From: an uncultured Candidatus Solibacter sp. | Lineage (GTDB): Bacteria > Acidobacteriota > Terriglobia > Bryobacterales > Bryobacteraceae | Length of the DNA: 64,000 nt | Direction: 5' to 3' | NCBI GenBank assembly: GCA_964450255.1 | Contig: CAYVDY010000001.1 | Location: 11,039-75,038, forward strand | In this document: positions 19,177 to 27,975 of the stretch, one piece after another | Layout of the letters: every line of letters starts with the position of its first letter | How positions within the stretch are numbered: position 1 is the stretch's first letter | Notes under the pieces: generated by a model | What the model saw: the letters and a program-made list of their open reading frames with translations, nothing else | What the model was told of the DNA's origin: nothing | The model's database searches: none | Translations under genes and position numbers: made by a program

Positions 19177-19917
19177 CTATTCGGACTGCCGAAATCGGCG
19201 ACGAAGGACCACAACCAAGCCAAGCAGGCCGGACATGTCGAGAGCGAGCAGCGCCACTGCCGAAGGCTCCGGCACTGTCACGTTCGAAATAAACCTCTGC
19301 GATGGCAGGCTCTCCCCGCTTGCTGACGCCGGAGTGTATACGGTGTAGCGAACCGAAGTCCCAGACGCAATAGCGTTGACGGCCAATTGCGTGATTTCAG
19401 CTTTAAAAGTGGCGGCATTACCAAAAGTGTTACCATCCGTCAAACCTACGAGCGCATCTTTGTTGAAGATGTACCAGATTGCGAATGATAGCTTTCCGCG
19501 GTCTGGGTTCGTCAGTGGCGACATCGCGAGTAACTCGGCGGCGAGTCTGGCAGCCCCGTCATATCTCTGTTGCAGCGTCGCCACAGGCGGATTCTGCCAT
19601 GCCGTATTGTACGGGCCACCCGTGCTGTCGGACAAATTGTACGTTATAGAATTCCAGCCTGTGGTCTCGGCGATGTCGAGACAAACGACGCTCAAATTTA
19701 TCGGAGAGACTAGGGATGGTGTGGAACTCACAATCGGGTTGCCGACTTTGGTGATCTGAGCCGAGTAGGGATTCACGTATTTCCCTCCCCACTGTGTAAG
19801 GGTGAGGGGATTCGTCGCAAGGTTCATCATCACCTGATCTGCGAATGCAAGTGGAGCTGTCAGGCACAGCAGAAGAGCTGCGCTCCCCAGGCGGATTCGG
19901 GTCGAAATATGCTGCAT
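19177..19917 (-). CDS. PEP-CTERM sorting domain protein
   Basis: Signal peptide ending AFA; C-terminal VPEPS, then a hydrophobic helix and RRRFR. Confidence 0.9.
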   Translation of the reverse strand: MQHISTRIRLGSAALLLCLTAPLAFADQVMMNLATNPLTLTQWGGKYVNPYSAQITKVGNPIVSSTPSLVSPINLSVVCLDIAETTGWNSITYNLSDSTGGPYNTAWQNPPVATLQQRYDGAARLAAELLAMSPLTNPDRGKLSFAIWYIFNKDALVGLTDGNTFGNAATFKAEITQLAVNAIASGTSVRYTVYTPASASGESLPSQRFISNVTVPEPSAVALLALDMSGLLGLVVVLRRRFRQSE

Positions 19918-20280
19918 GGCGCTCCTCCGAGCTCAACTATCGTGCCTCGCGCAGTTTGCGAGGAAAATTGAGGCCAAATACACTTGCCTCATAGGGTATT
20001 GTCCCCGTATGCAAACGATCCAGTCAATACCGTAATGTTTGGTTTAGTACTATGGCGCCGGTATGGTACTGGTGGTACCGGTGGACGTTTTGGCGCTGGT
20101 ACGAAGGGTGAGTTCCTGTTCGAGCTTCAGTCTGGACGTGCCGGTTCGTGGCGCATTATAGTGAGACCATAAGAATTGGTCGAGTCTTGACTGCGCCGTA
20201 AGGCCCGTTCGGTCGACGGCGATGCCGTAAGAGGTGTTCCATTGATTCACGCCCAAGACAATCCAGCGGTGGAGAACGGT

Positions 20281-22497
20281 ATGTACGAGACGGCCCAAGA
20301 CGCCTGTCGTGTGGCAGGGAGACGAGCTAAGTCACCTCTACTTTGGCTCTTGGCGCTCGGAGCAATCCTGTTGGCAGGATGTTCCAGCGATCCGAATGCA
20401 CAGAAACTGAAATACCTGAGTAGCGGCGATAAGTTCTACAAAGCCGGGAAATACCAGGAAGCGGTGATTCAGTTTCGCAATGCAGTGCAGCTGGATCCGA
20501 AGTCCGGAGAGGCCCGCTACCAGCTTGGCCGCACGTATCTGGGCTTGAACAATCCGGAAGCGGCTTTTAAGGAGCTGACTGAGGCCGTCGCACTCCAGCC
20601 GTCGAACTTGGATGCGCACTTGAAACTCGCAAGCCTGCACATTGGACGCCGCGAATTCGACAAGGCGACTGCCTTGTTGACGAAAGTGATCAAAGCCGAT
20701 CCGAAGAATGGAATGGCCCACGCGATCCTTGGCCAGAAGCATGCCGCCAAGGGTGAGTTGGCGGACGCGATTGCGGAGTTGGAGAAGGCAATCGAACTCG
20801 CTCCCGGGCAGGTTGAGTTCTATAGCGCGTTGGGGACGATCCAATTCGCTTCCGGCAAGCCCCTGGAGGCGGAGGCTGTGTTCAAGCGCGCTACCGCGGC
20901 GAACCCGAAATCGGTGGCTGCGCACATGGATCTGGCGCAGTATTTCCTCTCTCAGCGCAAGCCGGAGGCGGAAGCCGAAGCAAAGACGGCGGTTGGCCTG
21001 GAGCCGAAGGCCGTGCCGCCTCGTCTCCTCCTGGCCCGCGTCTACACGGTGCTGGGCCGGCCGGAGGAGGGCGAGAAGCAGCTAAAGGAACTGAAGTCAG
21101 TTGCTCCCGATGCTCCACTGGCGTATCAGGCGCTTGGCGCCTACTACGAATCCAGCGGCCAGCGTGAAAAGGCAGTTACCGAGTTCCAGAGTGTGTTGGC
21201 TTCCAAGCCTTCAGATGAAGTCGTCCAAAGGCACCTGATCGAGAACCTGATCGAGTTGAAGCGGCTGAAGGAAGCCGATGCCCTGAATCAGAAGGTTCTG
21301 GAGAAGCGCCCAAACGATCCTCTGGCCCATTTCGCGCGGGGACGCATCCTCCTGCTGCAGGGACAGAATCAGGAGGCTGCCACGGCGCTTCAGAAGGCGG
21401 CTACCGCTCAGCCCAATGCTGCTCCCATCCACTACTTATTGGGGACAGCTCAGGCGGCTCTCGGGCTGACGAAGCAGGCGAGGGAGTCCTTCTCGAAGGC
21501 GCTGGAGTTGCAGCCCCGCATGACCGACGCCGCAGTGGCGCTCGCGGGGTTGGCAGTTGCCAGCGGCGATCAGGAAACGGCGCTTCGTCTGACTGCCGGC
21601 GTGTTGGAAACCAATCCGAACTCTATCCCTGCGAGTGTGACCAGAGCTCGATCGTTCTTGGCGAAGGGCGATGTTCGGCAAGCTGAGACGCTGCTGCTGG
21701 AGGGCCTGAAGCGCGATCCGGCGTCTCTGCAGATATTGCCCGTGCTGCTCAGTATCCGCATCAGTCAAGGCAAGAGCCAGGAAATGATTCAGCGGATTGC
21801 TCCGCTCGTACAGCAGCAACCACAGAATGCGGGTCTTCGATCCGTGTTGGCGCTGGCGTACTATGCCGCCGGCGACGTCCGGCAATCAGAAACCAACGTA
21901 CGAGAAGCGCTCAAGCTCGACGGGAAGACGCGATCCGGGCACCTGTTGCTGGCCTACGTCCTGTTAGCCAAGAAGGAAATTGAACCGGCGAAGGCAGAGC
22001 TCCGCAGCTCCATCGAAGTTGAGCCGAAGAATCTCAATAGCTACCTTCTGCTGGGCTCCCTCTATGAGTCGGAGCGGAATTGGGAAGAAGCAAAGAAGGT
22101 CTATGAGCGTGCGCTCCAGGTGGATCCTGAGTCTCCATTGATGGCGAACCAACTCGCGTATCTATACCTGGAGCACGGCGGAGATTCCAACAAGGCCCTG
22201 GCGCTTGCCCAGCAGGCCAAGCAAAAGTTGCCGCGCTCTCCAAACGTGGCGGATACCCTGGGCTGGGCGTACTACAAGAGAGGGATGCACGATCTGGCGA
22301 TCACGCAGTTCAAGTTGTCCGCAGAGATAGCGCCCAAGAACCCGACGTATCACTACCATCTGGGGTTGGCGTACCTGGCGGCGGGGAATAGGCGATCCGG
22401 CGAGGAGTCGATCCAGCTCGCGCTCAAAGATCCGAATTTTCAGTACGCGGAACTAGCCCGGGAGGCGCTGAAGAAGACTTCCCAGCGCGCCCGCTAG
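20281..22497 (+). CDS. TPR-repeat lipoprotein, PrsT-like (PEP-CTERM system)
   Basis: Lipobox LLAGC; many TPRs; C-terminal NQLAYL...VADTLGWAYYK...YHYHLG; adjacent to the exosortase. Start uncertain (20242 or 20281). Confidence 0.8.
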   Translation: MYETAQDACRVAGRRAKSPLLWLLALGAILLAGCSSDPNAQKLKYLSSGDKFYKAGKYQEAVIQFRNAVQLDPKSGEARYQLGRTYLGLNNPEAAFKELTEAVALQPSNLDAHLKLASLHIGRREFDKATALLTKVIKADPKNGMAHAILGQKHAAKGELADAIAELEKAIELAPGQVEFYSALGTIQFASGKPLEAEAVFKRATAANPKSVAAHMDLAQYFLSQRKPEAEAEAKTAVGLEPKAVPPRLLLARVYTVLGRPEEGEKQLKELKSVAPDAPLAYQALGAYYESSGQREKAVTEFQSVLASKPSDEVVQRHLIENLIELKRLKEADALNQKVLEKRPNDPLAHFARGRILLLQGQNQEAATALQKAATAQPNAAPIHYLLGTAQAALGLTKQARESFSKALELQPRMTDAAVALAGLAVASGDQETALRLTAGVLETNPNSIPASVTRARSFLAKGDVRQAETLLLEGLKRDPASLQILPVLLSIRISQGKSQEMIQRIAPLVQQQPQNAGLRSVLALAYYAAGDVRQSETNVREALKLDGKTRSGHLLLAYVLLAKKEIEPAKAELRSSIEVEPKNLNSYLLLGSLYESERNWEEAKKVYERALQVDPESPLMANQLAYLYLEHGGDSNKALALAQQAKQKLPRSPNVADTLGWAYYKRGMHDLAITQFKLSAEIAPKNPTYHYHLGLAYLAAGNRRSGEESIQLALKDPNFQYAELAREALKKTSQRAR

Positions 22498-23332
22498 CGC
22501 CCGTCTCAAGCCGCCGGAACAGCAGGAGCAGCGGCACCAGGATGGCGATGGCTACCAACGTGAAAGGTAGTCCTCCCATCCGATGCAGAGGCCCCTCCAG
22601 GACGTCGGGTGACACGTAGACGCCGAGCCAGGAGAGCGTGGTGATGCGCACCGCGTTCTTGAAAATGGCGATGGGGATTGTGAGCGCGATTAAGGCGAGC
22701 TTGCTCCAGTTGGAACGGAAGAACAAGTGACTTGCCATCGCGACCGTGATGAGCAGGGCTGTGGTGGATCGGATGCCGCTGCATTGTTCGGCCACTTCGA
22801 TGTTGAGGCCTGGGAGAGCAAAGACGAGACCGTTCCGGAAGACGGGGATGCCGATCAATTTGAAGACGAAATGAGATACATCGGCGGAGGCGTACTGCAG
22901 GCCAACTTCTGCCATATGCATCAGGTTCTCGGGGAGCGGAGCGGTGAACAACAGAGCGAATAAGGGAACGGCTGCGGAACGAACGGTCTTAGTTCCGTAG
23001 AAGAGCAGAAACCCGGCGATCCACACCAGGATGACAGCGAGCATTTCCACCGAGAGGCCGGATTCCAGTTGTTTGGCTGCGATATAGAGGATGCTACCCG
23101 CCAGAAACAAGGGGATTCCCCAGCCCGGACAATACCGGGATTCCGCGAAGATGCTCTTCTTGTTTAGGACGATCAGCCCCAGGCTAATCAGCGGCATCAG
23201 GATGACGTAGGAGTAGCGGTCATCCTGCGTCGAGAGTGTCGCCAGTGCACTAATCGAGGTCCAGAACGGCAGCAGCGAGATGAACCAGAAGAGGACGAAC
23301 CCAGCGTTGCGGCGATCGTAATGCTTGAGCAT
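22424..23332 (-). CDS. xrt: Exosortase (EpsH family), no fused EpsI domain
   Basis: About 8 TM helices; VAEQCSGIRS (catalytic Cys), KNAVRI (Arg) and LHRMGG (His). Confidence 0.92.
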   Translation of the reverse strand: MLKHYDRRNAGFVLFWFISLLPFWTSISALATLSTQDDRYSYVILMPLISLGLIVLNKKSIFAESRYCPGWGIPLFLAGSILYIAAKQLESGLSVEMLAVILVWIAGFLLFYGTKTVRSAAVPLFALLFTAPLPENLMHMAEVGLQYASADVSHFVFKLIGIPVFRNGLVFALPGLNIEVAEQCSGIRSTTALLITVAMASHLFFRSNWSKLALIALTIPIAIFKNAVRITTLSWLGVYVSPDVLEGPLHRMGGLPFTLVAIAILVPLLLLFRRLETGASGRAGKSSSAPPGLVPRTENSDL

Positions 23333-23333
23333 G

Positions 23334-23618
23334 TTAATTCAGGGGGATGGCGGAGCGATCGGGACCAGCCAGCACGATGCTGCCGTCTTCTCTGTTGTGC
23401 CGAAAGATGGCGAACCCCATGAGGGTCCAGCGGGCGATGAGGTATTCGATGACCTCGATAGCGCTGCCGGGCACTACGAAGACCACTATCCCGTCTGTGT
23501 AAGGCGAGGGAATGAGGTCGCGGAGCGCGGATGGGGCTTCGGAGAACTTCCAGAGTTCCAGGTGGGTGTCGGACATGGCGAGCCAATCAGGCGACGTGAC
23601 GGTAGAGGAGGGTGCCAA
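23334..23618 (-). CDS. Small hypothetical protein
   Basis: Fills the gap between the GNAT gene and the exosortase in the same orientation; its stop abuts the exosortase start. The real start may be the internal ATG (MSDTHLELW). Confidence 0.5.
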   Translation of the reverse strand: MAPSSTVTSPDWLAMSDTHLELWKFSEAPSALRDLIPSPYTDGIVVFVVPGSAIEVIEYLIARWTLMGFAIFRHNREDGSIVLAGPDRSAIPLN

Positions 23619-24618
23619 GAGTGCTCAAGGCGCGATCAGGCAAGTGGGCGCAGGCGTTGTGGATGATTCGGGACTTCCAGGTGTTGGCGGCGGCGAGCTG
23701 CGGCGCCTGGGCTGGCGATCGCCAGTAAGAGACTGTGGCGCGGGTGGCGCCGAAGTGTTCCTTGAACTCGATGAGGCCCGAATTGTCGCAATCGGTGCGC
23801 CCGAAGTCCAGGACCTCCAGGCCGCGCTGGACCGCATCCTCGATGGCGTGCCAGAAGAGGAAGGGCATGGCGCCGAGGCGGTGGAAGGCTGCGTCAGAGG
23901 CGCCGTATTTGTAGTGGAGCGTGCGCGCGTGTGTGGCGGTGAAGATGCCGGCGATGGGTTTGCCGTCTTTTTTTGCGAGACGAATTGTTGCGGCGCTGCC
24001 GAGACATGCGGTGAGATTACGAAACCAGGCGAATGGCTGCGGCGGCAGTCCGTGCCGGCGGCGCGTTTGCAGAAGCAGGTGATGGAAGTGCTGCAAATCG
24101 TCGGGGGTGGTGCCTTCCGTGATGACGAGATCTTCTTTAACGGCGCGGCGGATTTTGCGCTGAATGCAATCTTTGTGGAAGTTTTTGTAGACGGCATCTG
24201 CGCCGGGGCGGAGGTCGAGTTGGTGGTGATAGAACGACTGGCTGATCTCGAATCCGGGCGGAGGGGCAGGGAAGTGCGTGAGCGGGCGGAGCTCGGCGTA
24301 TTTGTAGTGTTCGGTTGCGGCGATTTGTTGGAGGCCGGCGATGAGGGGCAGGAGTTCTTCGGTGGTGGCGGCGAGGGGTTCGCAGAAATCGGAGAAGGGC
24401 AGGGAGATGAGGCGGCGGCCGGTGAGCCAACTGTCGACGCGGCAGAATACCAAGCCGTTGGTGAGAGGTTGGCCGGGTTGAGATGTCGTTAGCACGGAAG
24501 GTGTGTAGCCGTACGTCTGTTGGAGGGCTTTCAGCCATCCGGGTGCGTGGAAGATTGAGGCTGCGAGCCAGCGAGGGTCAGTGAGCGGGTCGAGTTCGCG
24601 AACGGGCGGATGAGTCAC
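23587..24618 (-). CDS. FemAB-like GNAT family protein (EPS/PEP-CTERM-associated)
   Basis: SIFHAPGW, RLISLPFSDFC, HGLPPQPFAWF, YKYGASD, LDFGRTD...GLIEFKEHFGA. Confidence 0.85.
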   Translation of the reverse strand: MTHPPVRELDPLTDPRWLAASIFHAPGWLKALQQTYGYTPSVLTTSQPGQPLTNGLVFCRVDSWLTGRRLISLPFSDFCEPLAATTEELLPLIAGLQQIAATEHYKYAELRPLTHFPAPPPGFEISQSFYHHQLDLRPGADAVYKNFHKDCIQRKIRRAVKEDLVITEGTTPDDLQHFHHLLLQTRRRHGLPPQPFAWFRNLTACLGSAATIRLAKKDGKPIAGIFTATHARTLHYKYGASDAAFHRLGAMPFLFWHAIEDAVQRGLEVLDFGRTDCDNSGLIEFKEHFGATRATVSYWRSPAQAPQLAAANTWKSRIIHNACAHLPDRALSTLGTLLYRHVA

Positions 24619-24619
24619 T

Positions 24620-26740
24620 TCAAGTGAAGTCTTCGGTGGTGAGGGAATCGACGAGGGCGAGGTATTCGTTCTTCTTCTTGTCCCAAGAGTTTTGCTCGAC
24701 GTACTTCAGGCCGGCGTCGATGAGAGAGGCGCGGAGGGCGGGGTTTTCGATGACATCGAGGATTGCGTCGGCCATGGCCTGACTATCGCCGGAGGTGAAG
24801 AAGCGGACGTTCTGGTCGTTGTGGTAGTAGGTGTCGATTTTGGTGCGGGAGACGACGACGGGGACGCCCTGGGACATGAACTCCATGATCTTGGTGCTGC
24901 AGGCCTCGTTGCCGAAGGAATCGGCACGTTTGGGGACGATGCCGAGATCGGCGTTGGCGATGACTTGCGGGATTTCGTGGAGCGGGACAGCGCCGCAGAA
25001 CTTGACGGCGCCGTTGAGGCCGAGGCTGCCGGCGAGTTGGGACAAATCAGTGACTGCGCCGGCGCCGCCTCCGCCGCCGTAGAGATGGAGTTCGACGTTC
25101 GGGGCCTTCTCCCTGACGCGGGCGAGGGCGTAGATGGCGATTTCAAGTCCCTGGTGCCATTGGAAAGTGCCGTGAAAGAGGAGGATGAAGCGGGAGTCGT
25201 CGCGAGTGCGCGTGTGGCGGTGGAAGATGGCGGAATCGACGTGGTTGAGGAAGACAGTGCACTTCTGCGGCGGGGCGGAGCGGGTGGTGAGCTTGTCGAA
25301 CCAGAGGTGGTTGGCGATGATGACGTGATCGGCGAAGGCGGCGGAGGCTTTTTCGATGAGCGTGAGGAAGCGGAAGTAGAGGGCTCCGAAGCCGGGCTTG
25401 AACTTATTGGCGAAGAGCTCGGGTACGATGTCGTGGATATCGAGGATGACCTTGACGCCGGTCCACTTGGGGTACCAGGCGGCGAAGGCCATGAAGTCCG
25501 GGATGTTGTGGACGTGGATGAGGTCGTAGCGGAGTTCGCGGTGGCGGCGGTGGAGGAAGCGGGAGGCGGTGAAGAGGAAGCGGAGGAGGCGGAGGGCGTA
25601 GGTCCACATGCCGCGTTCGTCGTGGACACGGCGCTGGATGCGGAAGACGCGGACGCCGTTGATCTCGTCCTCGCCGAGGGGCGCATCGCCGGTACTGATG
25701 GAGATGACATCGACCTGGTCGCCGCGGCGGGCGAGGGTTTCGGCGTAGCGGCGGACCCGAATGTTGTCAGCGTAGTCACTGTGGGTGAGCATGCAGACCT
25801 TGCGGCGCGAGTTGCGCGCGCCGGGCGGCAAAGTGGCGGTGTAGAAGCGGGAGACGTCGCGGGGCAGGGCATGCCAGGCGTCGTCGCCGTAGCGATCCCG
25901 GGCGTATTTGAGGAAGTCCTCGTATTGCGAGACGGGGAACTCATCCCAAGCCGGCGCGCCTTCGAAGGCCATGTAGTCCGGGTGGGTATTGAGGAGGGCC
26001 ATGCCGCCGCGGGCGGCGATCCAATCGAGCTTTTGCTTCCAGACGTCGATGCCGGGTTCGCGGAGGACGCCGAAGAGGGTATAGTCCTGGACGAGGGTAT
26101 AGGGGAGCTCGACGAAGCCGCGGCCGGCGGGGCCGGGGACCCAGAAGGGGAAGATGGTGGCGACGCCATCGGGTTCGGGCTCGAAGGGGTCGGTATCGAA
26201 GGTGGAAGAGTCGTATTCGGCGCCGAGCTGGTGCAGCCAAGCCAGGTTGTGCTGCATGAGCGGGGAGCGGAAGCCGGCGGCGTTCCAGAGATCCAGGTAA
26301 TGGCGGATTCGGGCGGCCTTGGCGGGGAAACCGGGCTTGGAGAAGTAGAGCTTGCCGTCGTGACCGAGGCCGTGGACACCGACCTCGAAGCCGGCCTGAT
26401 CGAGCTTGTGCCGGAGGGCGTCGGAGACGCGGTAGTCCTCTTCGGGGACGAAGTTGAAAGAGGAGCGGAAGCCGTAGCGGGCATCCAGTTCCATGAGGCG
26501 TTCGCAGCGTCCGAGGCCCTTGGGGCCTTCGATGTCGTGGGTGAGGACCAGGGCGAAGCGCTTGCCGCCGGGCCACCCGGGCCAGCCTGGAGGGGCGGCG
26601 CCGGCCCTTTCATCGATGGGCCAGACCGCGGAGTGGGTGGAGCGCTGGTGGGCGGCCCACTGGCGGCGCACGGCGAGGCTGACGCGCCGGGGAATGAACG
26701 GCTTCAGGGTGTAGTAGACCCTGTTGAAGAGAGTTGTCAC
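24620..26740 (-). CDS. Fusion of polysaccharide deacetylase-like domain and GT4 glycosyltransferase
   Basis: FALVLTHDIE...EVGVHG...GFRSP...LNTHPDY, then GT-B motifs LIHVHNIPD and STKIMEFMSQGVPVV. Confidence 0.88.
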   Translation of the reverse strand: MTTLFNRVYYTLKPFIPRRVSLAVRRQWAAHQRSTHSAVWPIDERAGAAPPGWPGWPGGKRFALVLTHDIEGPKGLGRCERLMELDARYGFRSSFNFVPEEDYRVSDALRHKLDQAGFEVGVHGLGHDGKLYFSKPGFPAKAARIRHYLDLWNAAGFRSPLMQHNLAWLHQLGAEYDSSTFDTDPFEPEPDGVATIFPFWVPGPAGRGFVELPYTLVQDYTLFGVLREPGIDVWKQKLDWIAARGGMALLNTHPDYMAFEGAPAWDEFPVSQYEDFLKYARDRYGDDAWHALPRDVSRFYTATLPPGARNSRRKVCMLTHSDYADNIRVRRYAETLARRGDQVDVISISTGDAPLGEDEINGVRVFRIQRRVHDERGMWTYALRLLRFLFTASRFLHRRHRELRYDLIHVHNIPDFMAFAAWYPKWTGVKVILDIHDIVPELFANKFKPGFGALYFRFLTLIEKASAAFADHVIIANHLWFDKLTTRSAPPQKCTVFLNHVDSAIFHRHTRTRDDSRFILLFHGTFQWHQGLEIAIYALARVREKAPNVELHLYGGGGGAGAVTDLSQLAGSLGLNGAVKFCGAVPLHEIPQVIANADLGIVPKRADSFGNEACSTKIMEFMSQGVPVVVSRTKIDTYYHNDQNVRFFTSGDSQAMADAILDVIENPALRASLIDAGLKYVEQNSWDKKKNEYLALVDSLTTEDFT

Positions 26741-27678
26741 TTGCCGCCGTAGTAGCCGGAGTACTTCTTATAGAGCTTGTTGAGCCCCTCCGCGCCATTG
26801 AAGACGATGCCGGCGACGTGACCGGGGCCGAGGAGGGCCAACGCCTCTTCGGCCGCCTCCCTGGGGGTGTGGCCGGCGCGCAGGACGAGGAGGCTGGCGT
26901 CCGCCAGGCGGGAGAGGGAGAGGGCGTCTGTGAGCGGGGCCAGCGGCGGGGTATCGATGAGGATCCAATCGAAGTGGGGGGCGAGCGTTTGCAGCACGAG
27001 GGCCGTGGAGGCGGACTGGAGGATCTCGGTGGGATTGCCCTGCGGCTGGCCGGCCTGCATGAGATACCAGTTGAGGGGGGTGAGCTTGGTGAGGGCGGTG
27101 AGGGGATCCACGCCGTCTTCGATACATTCGGCCAAGCCGGAGCGGACGGGAATCCCGAGGGTCTTGGCGAGGGAAGGCCGGTGGAGGTCGCCTTCGATGA
27201 GGAGCACGGAGCGCTTACCGCCTTCGGAAAGGGTGGTGGCCAAGTTGATGGCGACGGTGGATTTCCCGTCCGCAGGCAAGGGACTAGTGATCACCAGGGA
27301 CTTCAACGGTCCCTTGGCGCTCAACTCGCGAAGACGCATGCGCAGATACCGGAAGCGATCCGCGCCGGGACTGCGCGGATCCGACACCGTAACGATGCGG
27401 TGCATGGGCTTCAGGTCCACTTCCTCGACGGGTGTGTTGCTGAGATCTGAGAGCATTTCAATGTCCGATAGGTCAACGATGCCGGGCGGCGGGGGCAATT
27501 CTTCGGTGCCAGCCGCGGGCTCGCTGAGGGATTCGAAGGGGCGCGTCATTTTCTCTAGTTGGCCTCTGTCCGGTACTTCCGCAGGTTTCAGTTCGGTTAC
27601 GGATCGAGTTCTGACTGCTCCAGGACGGCCGGCCAGGTAGACTCTCGTACTCGAAATTCGGTTCTTTGTTTTCATCAA
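26737..27678 (-). CDS. CpsD/CapB family tyrosine kinase (Wzc cytoplasmic part)
   Basis: ITSPLPADGKST, LLIEGDLHRP, ILIDTPP and a C-terminal Tyr cluster YKKYSGYY. The true start may be 27549. Confidence 0.9.
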   Translation of the reverse strand: MMKTKNRISSTRVYLAGRPGAVRTRSVTELKPAEVPDRGQLEKMTRPFESLSEPAAGTEELPPPPGIVDLSDIEMLSDLSNTPVEEVDLKPMHRIVTVSDPRSPGADRFRYLRMRLRELSAKGPLKSLVITSPLPADGKSTVAINLATTLSEGGKRSVLLIEGDLHRPSLAKTLGIPVRSGLAECIEDGVDPLTALTKLTPLNWYLMQAGQPQGNPTEILQSASTALVLQTLAPHFDWILIDTPPLAPLTDALSLSRLADASLLVLRAGHTPREAAEEALALLGPGHVAGIVFNGAEGLNKLYKKYSGYYGGK

Positions 27679-27790
27679 GATAGGGCTTCGTTCGGCACTG
27701 GGAGCGGTAAGAAGGACCGCTTCGGCCGGGCTACCAAGGAATCAATCGGGTGTTTGTTGTCAATCAGATAGGGCTTCGTTCGGCGCTGGG
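27678..27790. repeat. 25-bp direct repeat pair in the intergenic region
   Basis: AGATAGGGCTTCGTTCGGCACTGGG (27678-27702) and AGATAGGGCTTCGTTCGGCGCTGGG (27766-27790). Confidence 0.8.
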
Positions 27791-27975
27791 GGCACTTTTC
27801 CGTTGAGGAACTGGCGGTGATCGAGGGAGGGCGATTCCGATTGTCAAAGAACGATGGCGGGGCACAGAACTTCCTCGCACCTTCATTCATAGCACGTTGC
27901 ACCGGGGCTATCCGGCACTCCCGGAGCCAAGTGAATGATAAGAGGGAGGAAAAATACCGAATTCGAGCGTGAACG

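Noticed and set aside
19961..19977. Sigma-54-like site upstream of the PEP-CTERM gene 19177..19917
   Set aside because: The minus strand TTGGCCTCAATTTTCCT lacks the -12 GC.
24692..26752. 686-aa plus-strand ORF and 635-aa alternate-frame ORF
   Set aside because: Shadow ORFs of a real gene with extreme GC3 bias; low-complexity translations with no motifs.
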